DNA from: an uncultured Gammaproteobacteria bacterium
GTDB lineage: Bacteria > Patescibacteriota > Microgenomatia > Levybacterales > UBA12049
Direction of reading: 5' to 3'
NCBI GenBank assembly: GCA_964590985.1
Contig: CAZPZA010000001.1
Location: 1 to 24,495, forward strand
DNA: 24,495 nucleotides
Below the pieces are notes generated by a model. It searched no databases and had not been told where the DNA came from. It was given only the letters and a program-made list of their open reading frames with translations. Positions 1 to 7,289 of this stretch are shown here, one piece after another. The translations under genes and the position numbers were made by a program. The stretch's first letter is position 1. The number at the start of each line of letters is the position of its first letter.

Positions 1-337
1 CTGCGCGCCAAACTGGTTGGATTTGGTAGCGTTTAAATGGCATCGGAAGCTCATCGCCATATTGGGCTACAACTCGGGCTAGAGGAACAGTCTGATCATA
101 CCTTAGAGCGACTCTTCTTTTTCCCCTATCAACAAATCTATACATTAACTTATCGCCTTCATCCCCATATTTTCCAAGCAAGACTTCTTCATATTCCAAA
201 GCCGGTGTTTCAAGTGGCTCAAAACCATAGGACTCAAACACTTTTCTTAAAGTGTTTATAACATACTGCCTTTTCCTCGCCTCGCTTGGCAAAAAATCCC
301 TAAAGCCTTTGAGTGTTTGTGGTTTGATACTTGACAT
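1..337 (-). CDS. hisS: Histidine--tRNA ligase, N-terminal part (runs off the left edge)
   Basis: Not in the ORF track. Manual translation from ATG at 337: MSSIKPQTLKGFRDFLPSEARKRQYVINTLRKVFESYGFEPLETPALEY...ALRYDQTVPLARVVAQY...PFKRYQIQPVWRA. Contains HisRS motifs KGFRDFLP, GFEPLETP, LRYDQTVPLAR and motif-2 VWRA. Confidence 0.96.
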   Translation of the reverse strand, partial: MSSIKPQTLKGFRDFLPSEARKRQYVINTLRKVFESYGFEPLETPALEYEEVLLGKYGDEGDKLMYRFVDRGKRRVALRYDQTVPLARVVAQYGDELPMPFKRYQIQPVWRA

Positions 338-359
338 AGACTACTTTTTATGATATATT
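331..359 (+). promoter_or_regulatory. sigma70-type promoter overlapping the hisS start, pointing away from hisS
   Basis: TTGACA (331-336), 17-nt spacer, TATATT (354-359); the predicted start near G366 coincides with the first hairpin base. Confidence 0.5.
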
Positions 360-365
360 TTCTTT

Positions 366-412
366 GCAGTCGAAAGATTGTTGTGAGCGCCCCTGAAAAG
401 GGGCTTTTTTTT
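366..412 (+). ncRNA. Candidate ~47-nt small RNA or attenuator: GAAA-tetraloop hairpin plus intrinsic terminator
   Basis: GCAGTC-GAAA-GATTGT (366-381), then GCCCC-TGAAAA-GGGGC (389-404) followed by 8 T. Confidence 0.35.
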
Positions 413-474
413 GGCAAACTCACAGTTTCGTAAATCAATAAATTTGTCCACTTGTGTTTTCCATTATATACCTC

Positions 475-503
475 TTGCTAAGTTTGGTAAAGAGAGGTAA
501 AAT
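475..503 (+). promoter_or_regulatory. Promoter of the DUF5678-like gene with an overlapping inverted repeat
   Basis: TTGCTA (475-480), 17 nt, TAAAAT (498-503), ATG 9 nt later; TACCTCT...AGAGGTA arms overlap the promoter. Confidence 0.55.
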
Positions 504-512
504 ATTCTCGAT

Positions 513-755
513 ATGATAAATCATCGGCAAAAAATAAAGAAAGAGTCAATAAAGATTTCTCCTGAGTTTGACTTTTTTGTTCATAACCCTCTTACCAAAT
601 ACGAGGGCATGTATGTTGCTATTTTGGATGATAAAGTAGTAGCCTCGGGTTTTTCGGCAAAGGAGGTTTGGGAGAAAGCTGTAAAGAAGAATCCCAGAAA
701 ACTTCCTACACTTGCAAAACTTCCCAAAAAGGAAGCAATATACCACTTTTGCTAG
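513..755 (+). CDS. DUF5678-like small protein
   Basis: 80 aa; KYEGMYVAILDDKVVASGFSAKEVWEKA matches the Y-x-G-x-Y/W-V-A...VVASG pattern I recall for DUF5678. Confidence 0.7.
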   Translation: MINHRQKIKKESIKISPEFDFFVHNPLTKYEGMYVAILDDKVVASGFSAKEVWEKAVKKNPRKLPTLAKLPKKEAIYHFC

Positions 756-898
756 GGCGGGAAGATTTTTTTAAGTACTTTGATGAAGAGATAGATGTTA
801 CGACTCAAAAAGGTATGGAACCTGTTTCAAAGTACAGTATATTTGCAAGCCGGGAATTATTATCAATGGCGAGCTTTTCTCACAAGGAAGACTTTTAA
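737..898 (+). pseudogene. Remnant C-terminus of a retropepsin-like aspartyl protease
   Basis: An overlapping frame reads NIPLLLGREDFFKYF (the LLGRD/E-F tail of retropepsin-like proteases), with no catalytic D-[ST]-G motif and no plausible start. Confidence 0.45.
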
Positions 899-1134
899 TA
901 AAGATAGATTATTTATTGCTTGAAACTTCTTCTGGGGGTGATTCCCAGCCGATTTGATTGTGTTTCCATCCTTCGGTATTCATAGTCAGAGCAAAAAAAC
1001 CATAATCTGGGTATTCCGTTTGGAACTGTTGATCAACCTTCTTTAGACCATCAACAATCAAAAATATCTCCTGCCAATTGTAATATTATCAGGGACGAGC
1101 GCTTCTCTCAATAGCCTATAATATTTTGTTGGAT

Positions 1135-1165
1135 CAAAGTATAGCGCTACATAGTAGTATACTTT
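1135..1165 (+). repeat. REP-like palindrome family B, intergenic copy
   Basis: CAAAGTATAGCGCTACATAGTAGTATACTTT with AAAGTATA/TATACTTT arms; 30/31 identical to the reverse complement of 24109-24139 inside pyrC. Confidence 0.9.
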
Positions 1166-1212
1166 GGAATAATTTTGAGGCTGAATGGCAAAAATGGTAT
1201 AATTGCGATCGT

Positions 1213-1797
1213 ATGCTACAAGAGGTCGAACAACACAGATTTGGACGGAGAGAGTATGCAGGTAGGACTATTGGAGGAAATGTTGCAGACAATCCGTTTT
1301 CCAGAGCGCTACATTGCATGGCAGCTAAAAGAGGTTTTGAGTCCCAAACTGCTTTAGGCAGGGCTCTTGGGAAAAAACACATTATAGTAGTAAGTAGGTG
1401 GCTAAGAGGTGAGAGTGTTCCTTCGCCTAAAGAATTTGGCAACATAATTAAAACGCTTAAGCCAACGGACAACGAATTAGATGTGTTGGTTGAGCCATAT
1501 GCCCAGCTGATTCTTGAAGGAAGAGGGATCAAAGGAGGATTGCCAGAGAAACGAGTCGGCAAGACAACGGGTGGTATAGTTACACGAATGCAAAACAATA
1601 CCGATCGTGTAACTTTTAATGGAGCACAGGCAGGTTCGATATTTGGAGTTAGCCGAGAAAGAATAAGACAGTTGCGTCGTAGATTGGAATTACCCTTATT
1701 AATGACAGAAGAAGATCTAGCTGCGATTGAAGCCAAACTTGAAAAGACAAAGATTTTTCGAAGACGACTTCGGCAAACCAGAATTAGAAATCGCTAG
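1213..1797 (+). CDS. Putative DNA-binding protein with an XRE-like HTH and a C-terminal sigma70-region-4-like HTH
   Basis: SQTALGRALG...VSRWLRGESVPS is XRE-like and AQAGSIFGVSRERIRQL is region-4-like. ATG 1213 is preferred over TTG 1126 because TGgTATAAT (1195-1203) lies just upstream and the extension translates a repeat. Confidence 0.6.
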   Translation: MLQEVEQHRFGRREYAGRTIGGNVADNPFSRALHCMAAKRGFESQTALGRALGKKHIIVVSRWLRGESVPSPKEFGNIIKTLKPTDNELDVLVEPYAQLILEGRGIKGGLPEKRVGKTTGGIVTRMQNNTDRVTFNGAQAGSIFGVSRERIRQLRRRLELPLLMTEEDLAAIEAKLEKTKIFRRRLRQTRIRNR

Positions 1798-1856
1798 CTA
1801 TAGCTGAAGTCCTATTTTTCCATTTCTAGTTTATACTATAGTATACTAACGACACA

Positions 1857-2528
1857 ATGATTCCTAAAGAACGCGAACATAAAGACTCTTCAGGCTTACC
1901 TTTAATTTCTAGAAAGATATCTAGTGAACGACTCAAAGAATTTTCTGGGAAACGTTGGCTAAGCGATGATCTAAGAGCTGTGTCCCAGGCTATAGTGAGG
2001 AACGGAAAAGAACTGCTTGCTGGAGATGAAACTAATTGGGATTTGGTTTTGGGTAGTATACGCAGTCAGCGACAGGACAGCGTGCAGTTTGGAGAGGCTG
2101 CGATAGCTGCAAGTGGCGCTAGTTTTATTGGAGCATTGGGAGCGCAGGCCCAATGGTCAATGCACGATCCACAAATGGTTTATCTTAGCGGGGTATTGCT
2201 TGGTTACAGGGTAAATGCAAAAGACAACGGGGAATTGGAAGGCTTCAAAAATCGAATGCAACAGGCTTGTGTTGATTATGGACAGAAAGTTCTTCCTAAG
2301 CCCAGTATTTATTATATGGAGATTTTAGACTTTTTGTTATTAGAAATTACAGACAGAAGAACACATAGGTCTACTATGGATAAGGTGGTGTCTTTATTGA
2401 AGGAGGGCAATATTAAAAAAGCCTATAATTTAATTAACTCCCTTGATGATCGAGTAAGAAAGCGTGGACAAGGTTCTTCCAAAACTACCACGTCTTCTAT
2501 TCTTACCCCACCAAATCCCGGCAAGTAA
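1857..2528 (+). CDS. Hypothetical protein
   Basis: 223-aa ORF, TATACT 9 nt before the ATG, no recognised motif; the last 106 bp overlap the convergent peptidase gene. Confidence 0.6.
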   Translation: MIPKEREHKDSSGLPLISRKISSERLKEFSGKRWLSDDLRAVSQAIVRNGKELLAGDETNWDLVLGSIRSQRQDSVQFGEAAIAASGASFIGALGAQAQWSMHDPQMVYLSGVLLGYRVNAKDNGELEGFKNRMQQACVDYGQKVLPKPSIYYMEILDFLLLEITDRRTHRSTMDKVVSLLKEGNIKKAYNLINSLDDRVRKRGQGSSKTTTSSILTPPNPGK

Positions 2529-3514
2529 ATTCCTGGTTCGATAGTAAAAACCATGCCTGGTTTTAGAATATCTTTTGAGTTTGGAGAAAGACGCGGTGCT
2601 TCATGGACTTCAAGACCAATTCCATGACCGACGCTATGAGGTATGGTTTTATAGTTTTTTGAGATAATATAATCGCGAGCAACTTTATCGACTTTTTTTG
2701 CAAGGATACTCCTTCGCAAAGGAGTATCCTTGTTAGCAAGTACGTTTATTGCTTTTTGTTGGGCATCAAGGACTGTTTGATACATCTTTTTGTACTCTGC
2801 ATTAGGAGAACCAAAAAAGACAGTTCGAGTCATGTCGGAGCAGTAGCTGTCGATCTTAACACCAAAATCAATCAATATTATGTCTTTGGTTTTTAGTCTT
2901 TGGTAGCTAGTCTTATGGTGGGGAAAAGCAGAGTTTTTGCCAAACGCAACAATAGGCGGAAAAGAAACATCTGCCCTATGTTTTTTGATAAACAATTCTA
3001 TTTCGCATGCTAATTCTTTTTCTGCTATACCCTCTTTTATCTTGCCTAAGATATAATTAAATGTTTTATCTCCTAGACTACAGGCTCTTTCTATAGTTTC
3101 TATTTCTTTTTTATCTTTTATTATTCGTAGGTGATCGGCAGTATAATGATATAAATCGTTGCAGTGTTTAGAAATCATTCTGTGTTCTTTAACTGTGAGG
3201 TTATCTTCTTCGATGCCAAGTTTTTTGATTTTGTGTTTTTTAGATATTCTTTTTAATGCCTTTTCAAATGAAAATTTTGTAGATATTTCGATGAGCTCAA
3301 AATCGCTGATTAGAGTTTTAACTGCTTGGCTATAGCGGCCATCAGTTAGAATGTATTGTTTGTCCTTTGCAATAAAAATATATGCTTCGCGTTCCTCTTT
3401 TGAAAATGAAGAAAAGTTGGTTAGATAAGTAATATTTGGGACAGAGGAGATAAGAGCAGCATTGAAGCGACTGTGGATCAGTTTATGTCTCACTTTTGAT
3501 AAACGGCCGTTCAT
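2423..3514 (-). CDS. Xaa-Pro aminopeptidase/dipeptidase (M24B family)
   Basis: Creatinase-like N-domain (TDGRY); metal ligands in DFG...YCSDMTRT, HSVGHGIGLEVHE, TIEPGIY and GVRIED. Confidence 0.95.
   Translation of the reverse strand: MNGRLSKVRHKLIHSRFNAALISSVPNITYLTNFSSFSKEEREAYIFIAKDKQYILTDGRYSQAVKTLISDFELIEISTKFSFEKALKRISKKHKIKKLGIEEDNLTVKEHRMISKHCNDLYHYTADHLRIIKDKKEIETIERACSLGDKTFNYILGKIKEGIAEKELACEIELFIKKHRADVSFPPIVAFGKNSAFPHHKTSYQRLKTKDIILIDFGVKIDSYCSDMTRTVFFGSPNAEYKKMYQTVLDAQQKAINVLANKDTPLRRSILAKKVDKVARDYIISKNYKTIPHSVGHGIGLEVHEAPRLSPNSKDILKPGMVFTIEPGIYLPGFGGVRIEDVVVLEEPCPRFLTRSSRELIKL
2701..2732. repeat. Perfect 14-bp-stem palindrome inside the peptidase CDS
   Basis: CAAGGATACTCCTT-CGCA-AAGGAGTATCCTTG; encodes NKDTPLRRSIL on the minus strand. 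Confidence 0.85.
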
Positions 3515-3556
3515 TTGTTTTAGATAAAGTTGTTAGATAAAGTGATTTAACAGATA

Positions 3557-3624
3557 AGATTTATGATTTAAGAATAAGAGGAGGGAAGATAATTCATAAA
3601 TCTTAAATTGTAAATCATAAATCT
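3557..3624. repeat. Inverted heptamer-type array (ATTTATG/ATTTAAG units), possibly a terminator
   Basis: AGATTTATGATTTA (3557-3570) is perfectly inverted at TAAATCATAAATCT (3611-3624), directly after the stop of 3623-4321. Confidence 0.75.
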
Positions 3625-4321
3625 ATCTAAGAGTAGTTAGGATTTCGGGTAAAAGAATAATTCTTGTTGCTGTAATTAGATTTTCTTCTTCTTTGTTTGC
3701 TTGTCCTGTCGCAATAACTCTTTCATTTCCTTTTATCTTGGAAAATCCAGAGCGGAGGAGCCCTTCGTCTTTAGAATAAGATGAAGTTTTGGTTGTTTTT
3801 TCTACGTCAAGAAACATCTCTTTGTTATCTTCCGTTTGAACTTTAACTCTAAATTTTGTAGCATCGAGAGAATCAATAACACCATAAACAATGACAGGAA
3901 GATCTATCGTACTTACAAAACGCGCAAGAATTCTTCTCGACTCTTTGTTGTAAAGCCCCAATGCACCAATAGTGTCGCCTTTTGTAATATCGGAAATTCC
4001 AAATTCCTTTTGAGCAGGATTTGAAAATTTTGTTAGCTCGTCCATATCTATAAATCTTGTATTGTTTTTTAAGTCAATAATTGTTATTTGAGTATCAGAA
4101 ACATCTGTTACTGTACCAATAATTCCCCGCTTTTCAACAAGATTAAGCTCTGCTACATGAGAAGCTATACGAGTTTTAAGATCAGTTATCTGCTGATTTA
4201 TAACTTCCTTACTATCCTTGCTTTCTGTGGTAGGCGTAGGAGTTGCGGCAATAGTAGGAATAGCGAAAATAGCAAATAGCAAATAGAAAATAGAAAATAG
4301 AAATAAGAGAATCTTTGCCAT
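3623..4321 (-). CDS. Secreted protein with probable tandem OB-fold (DUF5666-like) domains
   Basis: Hydrophobic signal peptide, Thr/Pro linker, and two repeats of the GxV-x-x-V...I-x-x-G-D-x-V/I-x-A-x-G type. Confidence 0.65.
   Translation of the reverse strand: MAKILLFLFSIFYLLFAIFAIPTIAATPTPTTESKDSKEVINQQITDLKTRIASHVAELNLVEKRGIIGTVTDVSDTQITIIDLKNNTRFIDMDELTKFSNPAQKEFGISDITKGDTIGALGLYNKESRRILARFVSTIDLPVIVYGVIDSLDATKFRVKVQTEDNKEMFLDVEKTTKTSSYSKDEGLLRSGFSKIKGNERVIATGQANKEEENLITATRIILLPEILTTLR
4266..4300. repeat. Heptamer tandem array (A/C)AAATAG x5 encoding part of the signal peptide
   Basis: AAAATAG CAAATAG CAAATAG AAAATAG AAAATAG, read as LFSIFYLLFAIF on the minus strand. Confidence 0.8.
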
Positions 4322-4340
4322 ATGTCAACCTCACCCCCAA

Positions 4341-4361
4341 CCCTCTCCTAAAAGGAGAGGG
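4341..4361. repeat. REP-like hairpin
   Basis: CCCTCTCCT-AAA-AGGAGAGGG preceded by CCTCACCCCCAA, between two co-directional genes. Confidence 0.7.
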
Positions 4362-4366
4362 AACTC

Positions 4367-4795
4367 TTAAAACTCCTCGGTTGAGAAGGTTACCGTTCTA
4401 GTCAATCTTTCGCTTTGTCCATTTGGGGCAATGGCTATTACGTCTATCATATTTTGATCATCTAAAATGCTGATAGTTGTTAGGAAGTCTCCATTTTGTG
4501 AGGGAGTTACAATGTCTTGATAGTCTTTGGAGATTATAGCAACGATGGCATCAGCAGTGGTTTTGCCAGATATTGTGATTATCTTTTTGGTAAATACCTC
4601 TTCGTCTTTTGGCGAATCAAGAGTTAAAAAAAATGTTTGCTTTGGAGTAGGTGAGAGAGCTATTTTAGAAACTACTTTATTTTGTTTTTGATCTGCTATT
4701 CTGTTTGCAGATTCGTAAAAATAGAATGCAATTGCCGCAACCAATAACCCAATAAAAACAGCAACAAAAGACAATATGATTTTCTCCTTTTTCAT
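4367..4795 (-). CDS. Membrane-anchored protein with a bacterial Ig-like domain
   Basis: N-terminal TM helix, then ITISGKT...NGDF...N-x-I-x-V-x-A beta-sandwich pattern; start moved to ATG 4795 (MKKEKII) because of the promoter position. Confidence 0.7.
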   Translation of the reverse strand: MKKEKIILSFVAVFIGLLVAAIAFYFYESANRIADQKQNKVVSKIALSPTPKQTFFLTLDSPKDEEVFTKKIITISGKTTADAIVAIISKDYQDIVTPSQNGDFLTTISILDDQNMIDVIAIAPNGQSERLTRTVTFSTEEF

Positions 4796-4808
4796 AAAAG
4801 CGAGAGAA

Positions 4809-4837
4809 ATCATACGATAAAAAAATATGCTTGTCAA
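4809..4837 (-). promoter_or_regulatory. sigma70 promoter
   Basis: Minus strand TTGACA (4837-4832), 17 nt, TATGAT (4814-4809); ATG 13 nt downstream. Confidence 0.75.
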
Positions 4838-4871
4838 GGAAAATTGGCTATGATATCATAGGTATAATAAG

Positions 4872-5393
4872 ATGTTGGATATTTATGTTCTTGGTAGTAA
4901 TTCAATAAAAATTCGTACAAAACGGGTATCTTTTGTTGTTGATCCCGTTGATTCAATTAGCAAAACAAATGCTGACGCTGTGCTTGTTTTGAGGAAAGAG
5001 ACTGTAGATTTAGCAAGAGTTTCAAACTATAGAGTTGTTTTGCGAGGCGAGGGAGAATACGAGATTGAAAATGTTAAGATTTCAGGCATTGCGGCAGGAG
5101 AGGGTTTTGTTTATAGTATTTTTGCAGATAATATGGAGATTGTTTTGGGCAGAGTAAGTACGCTTTTAAGAATACAAGATAAAAGCTTGTTATGCCAAGT
5201 TGCGCTTCTTAATGTAGACAACGAATTAAAATCTATTATTGCAAACTTAGAACCAAGAGCTGTTATTTTGTATGGAGAGAAAAGGATCGAAGGAGCCAAA
5301 GAATTAGGAAAAGATTGGGTAAAGCCAGTTTCGAAAGTTACTGTTACGAAAGAAAAGTTAGAGAAGGAGATAGAAGTAGAGGTGTTGGGATAA
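4872..5393 (+). CDS. Degenerate metallo-beta-lactamase-fold protein
   Basis: LGSNSIKI...VVDP...ADAVLV...GEGEYEIENVKISGI resembles MBL-fold proteins, but the HxHxDH motif is absent and the protein has no His. Confidence 0.6.
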   Translation: MLDIYVLGSNSIKIRTKRVSFVVDPVDSISKTNADAVLVLRKETVDLARVSNYRVVLRGEGEYEIENVKISGIAAGEGFVYSIFADNMEIVLGRVSTLLRIQDKSLLCQVALLNVDNELKSIIANLEPRAVILYGEKRIEGAKELGKDWVKPVSKVTVTKEKLEKEIEVEVLG

Positions 5394-5400
5394 AATAGTT

Positions 5401-5496
5401 AAAAGTTCAAAGTGCAAAGTTCAAAATTACAATTCAAAATTAAAAATTTTTAACTTTAAACTGTAACTTTTAATTTTTAACTTTGAACTTTAAATT
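5401..5496. repeat. Inverted heptamer array (AAAGTTC/AAAATTC units)
   Basis: Left AAAAGTT CAAAGTG CAAAGTT CAAAATT ACAATT CAAAATT AAAAATT; right TAACTTT AAACTG TAACTTT TAATTTT TAACTTT GAACTTT. Confidence 0.85.
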
Positions 5497-5501
5497 TATT
5501 T

Positions 5502-6824
5502 ATGGCAACCTTAAAGGTTCCTCCTCACAACGAAGAAGCCGAAAGCAGCGCATTGGGTGCGATACTTATAGACAAAGACGCTATAAGCGTTGTATCCTCA
5601 TTTATTTCTGTGAATGACTTTTACAATCAGGTTAATGGTTTAATCTATAGGGCAATGCTATCTTTATACGAGAAAGGCGAGCCAATAGATATGCTTACTC
5701 TTATATCTCGACTTAAGAAAGAAAAAACGTATAAAAAAGTTGATTCTTCTTATCTTGTTAACCTTGTTAACACTGTTCCAACTGCAGCAAATGTAGAACA
5801 TTATGCATTATTAATTAAAGAAGCTGCAACAAAAAGAGCATTAATTCAGGCTGGAACTCAAGTTGTGGAGATGGGATTCTCCGAAGATCAAGAGGCGGCA
5901 GACTGTCTTAACAAAGCAGAATCAGCGATATTTTCTATCTCTCAAAAAAACAACTTGCGGTCTTTTGTTTTACTAAAGGATGCACTCGCAGAAAGCTTTG
6001 ATAGAATAGACGAACTTCATAAGAAAGATTCGGGACTGCGAGGTGTTGCGACAGGTTTTGTGGATTTGGACAAAATTTTATCTGGCATGCAGAGATCCAA
6101 CCTTCTTATTTTGGCAGCGCGCCCGGGCCAGGGAAAAACAGCTATGGTGGTAAATATTTCTCGGTATATTACAGTTAACGACAAAAAACCAGTTGGTATA
6201 TTTTCTTTGGAAATGAGCAAAGAAGAATTGGTGGATAGACTGTTGGTTGGGCAAGCAGATGTTGATGCTTGGAGAATAAAAACTGGAAGGCTGTCGGATG
6301 CAGACTTTACTAAACTATCAAATGCTATGGGAGAATTGGCAGAGGCAAAAATTTTTATAGACGATACACCGGGAATCTCGGTATCTGAAATGCGTACAAA
6401 AGCAAGGCGTTTGCATCTTGAGCAAAATTTATCTTTACTAATAGTAGATTATCTCCAGCTTGTTGATCCCGGACGAAGGTACGATAACAGAGTGCAGGAA
6501 GTATCTATTGTTTCTCAATCGCTTAAAAATTTGGCGCGAGAACTTAAGATTCCGGTTTTGGCTGTATCCCAACTCTCAAGGGCAGTTGAGCACAGAGGCG
6601 AAAAAAGACCTCAACTTGCCGATCTTAGGGAGAGTGGTTCTATAGAACAAGATGCAGACGTAGTGATGTTTTTGTATAGGCCAGAGAGTGAGCCTGCGCC
6701 TATAATACTAACAAAACTTTTTGTAGCCAAACACAGAAATGGTCCAATGGGAGAAATAGATTTAGGCTTCCGTGGAGCAAGGTTGAGATTTGAAAATATA
6801 GAAGGAAGAAGAGAGTTCGCATGA
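5502..6824 (+). CDS. dnaB: Replicative DNA helicase
   Basis: PPHNEEAE N-terminus, Walker A ARPGQGKT, IVDYLQL, SQLSR, LRESGSIEQDAD, KHRNG; no intein. Confidence 0.98.
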   Translation: MATLKVPPHNEEAESSALGAILIDKDAISVVSSFISVNDFYNQVNGLIYRAMLSLYEKGEPIDMLTLISRLKKEKTYKKVDSSYLVNLVNTVPTAANVEHYALLIKEAATKRALIQAGTQVVEMGFSEDQEAADCLNKAESAIFSISQKNNLRSFVLLKDALAESFDRIDELHKKDSGLRGVATGFVDLDKILSGMQRSNLLILAARPGQGKTAMVVNISRYITVNDKKPVGIFSLEMSKEELVDRLLVGQADVDAWRIKTGRLSDADFTKLSNAMGELAEAKIFIDDTPGISVSEMRTKARRLHLEQNLSLLIVDYLQLVDPGRRYDNRVQEVSIVSQSLKNLARELKIPVLAVSQLSRAVEHRGEKRPQLADLRESGSIEQDADVVMFLYRPESEPAPIILTKLFVAKHRNGPMGEIDLGFRGARLRFENIEGRREFA

Positions 6825-6830
6825 GCATAT

Positions 6831-6915
6831 TAAATATAAAAAATATAATATCAAATATACATATAAAATATTAAAAATATTTAATATTTACTATTTACCA
6901 TTTAATATTTTATGT
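6831..6915. repeat. Inverted AT-rich heptamer array (AAATATC-type units)
   Basis: CAAATAT ACATAT AAAATAT TAAAAAT on the left, mirrored by ATTTAAT...TTTAATATTTTATGT on the right. Confidence 0.65.
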
Positions 6916-6937
6916 GGTTTGAGGGGGGTGATGAATA

Positions 6938-7129
6938 GTGGATGATCAGATGAATCAAGGAACGGGAGGTATGGTTGGATCGGTCCCCCCACAGCCTATG
7001 GGAGGGATGAATCCACAGCCTCCACCAATGGGAGGAATGGAAGGAGAAGACCCGCATGAAAAAATTATAGCTTCACTCTTAAGAATAGAGGAGAAGTTAG
7101 CAACAATTGCTGCCAAAGTTGGAGCGTAG
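6938..7129 (+). CDS. Small protein with a Met/Gly/Pro-rich N-half and a coiled-coil C-half
   Basis: 63 aa, GTG start preceded by the strong SD-like GAGGGGGGTGA (6921-6931). Confidence 0.6.
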   Translation: MDDQMNQGTGGMVGSVPPQPMGGMNPQPPPMGGMEGEDPHEKIIASLLRIEEKLATIAAKVGA

Positions 7130-7131
7130 AT

Positions 7132-7152
7132 TTGCAAGGTGAGACCTTGCAA
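7132..7152. repeat. REP-like hairpin
   Basis: TTGCAAGGT-GAG-ACCTTGCAA, 9-bp perfect stem; the CAAGG/CCTTG outer arms are shared with 2701-2732. Confidence 0.75.
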
Positions 7153-7164
7153 GAGGAACTTGCA

Positions 7165-7188
7165 ATATCTATAACGATCCCATATCGT
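7165..7188 (+). repeat. REP-like family A, diverged copy
   Basis: ATATCTATAACGATCCCATATCGT versus consensus GTATCTGTACCGATCCCRTATCGG, with a compensatory A-T closing pair. Confidence 0.65.
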
Positions 7189-7240
7189 TAGTATATCCAC
7201 GAAATGGAAAACTCTTTTCTCCAGGTAAAAATTTCCTTAC

Positions 7241-7285
7241 TGGTGCTGGGGAGGAAGTCGAACCCTCACAGCCTTGCGACTAGTA
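7241..7285 (-). pseudogene. 3' half of a tRNA-Leu (att-like remnant)
   Basis: 7250-7285 is 34/36 identical to 8657-8692 of the tRNA-Leu in the same orientation; it ends CCCAGCACCA. Confidence 0.85.
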
Positions 7286-7289
7286 ATCC

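Noticed and set aside
900-1080. 58-codon open stretch on the minus strand (YYNWQEIF...SSNK)
   Set aside because: It is preceded by stops, lacks a clear start and has no recognisable family; possibly a gene relic but unsupported.
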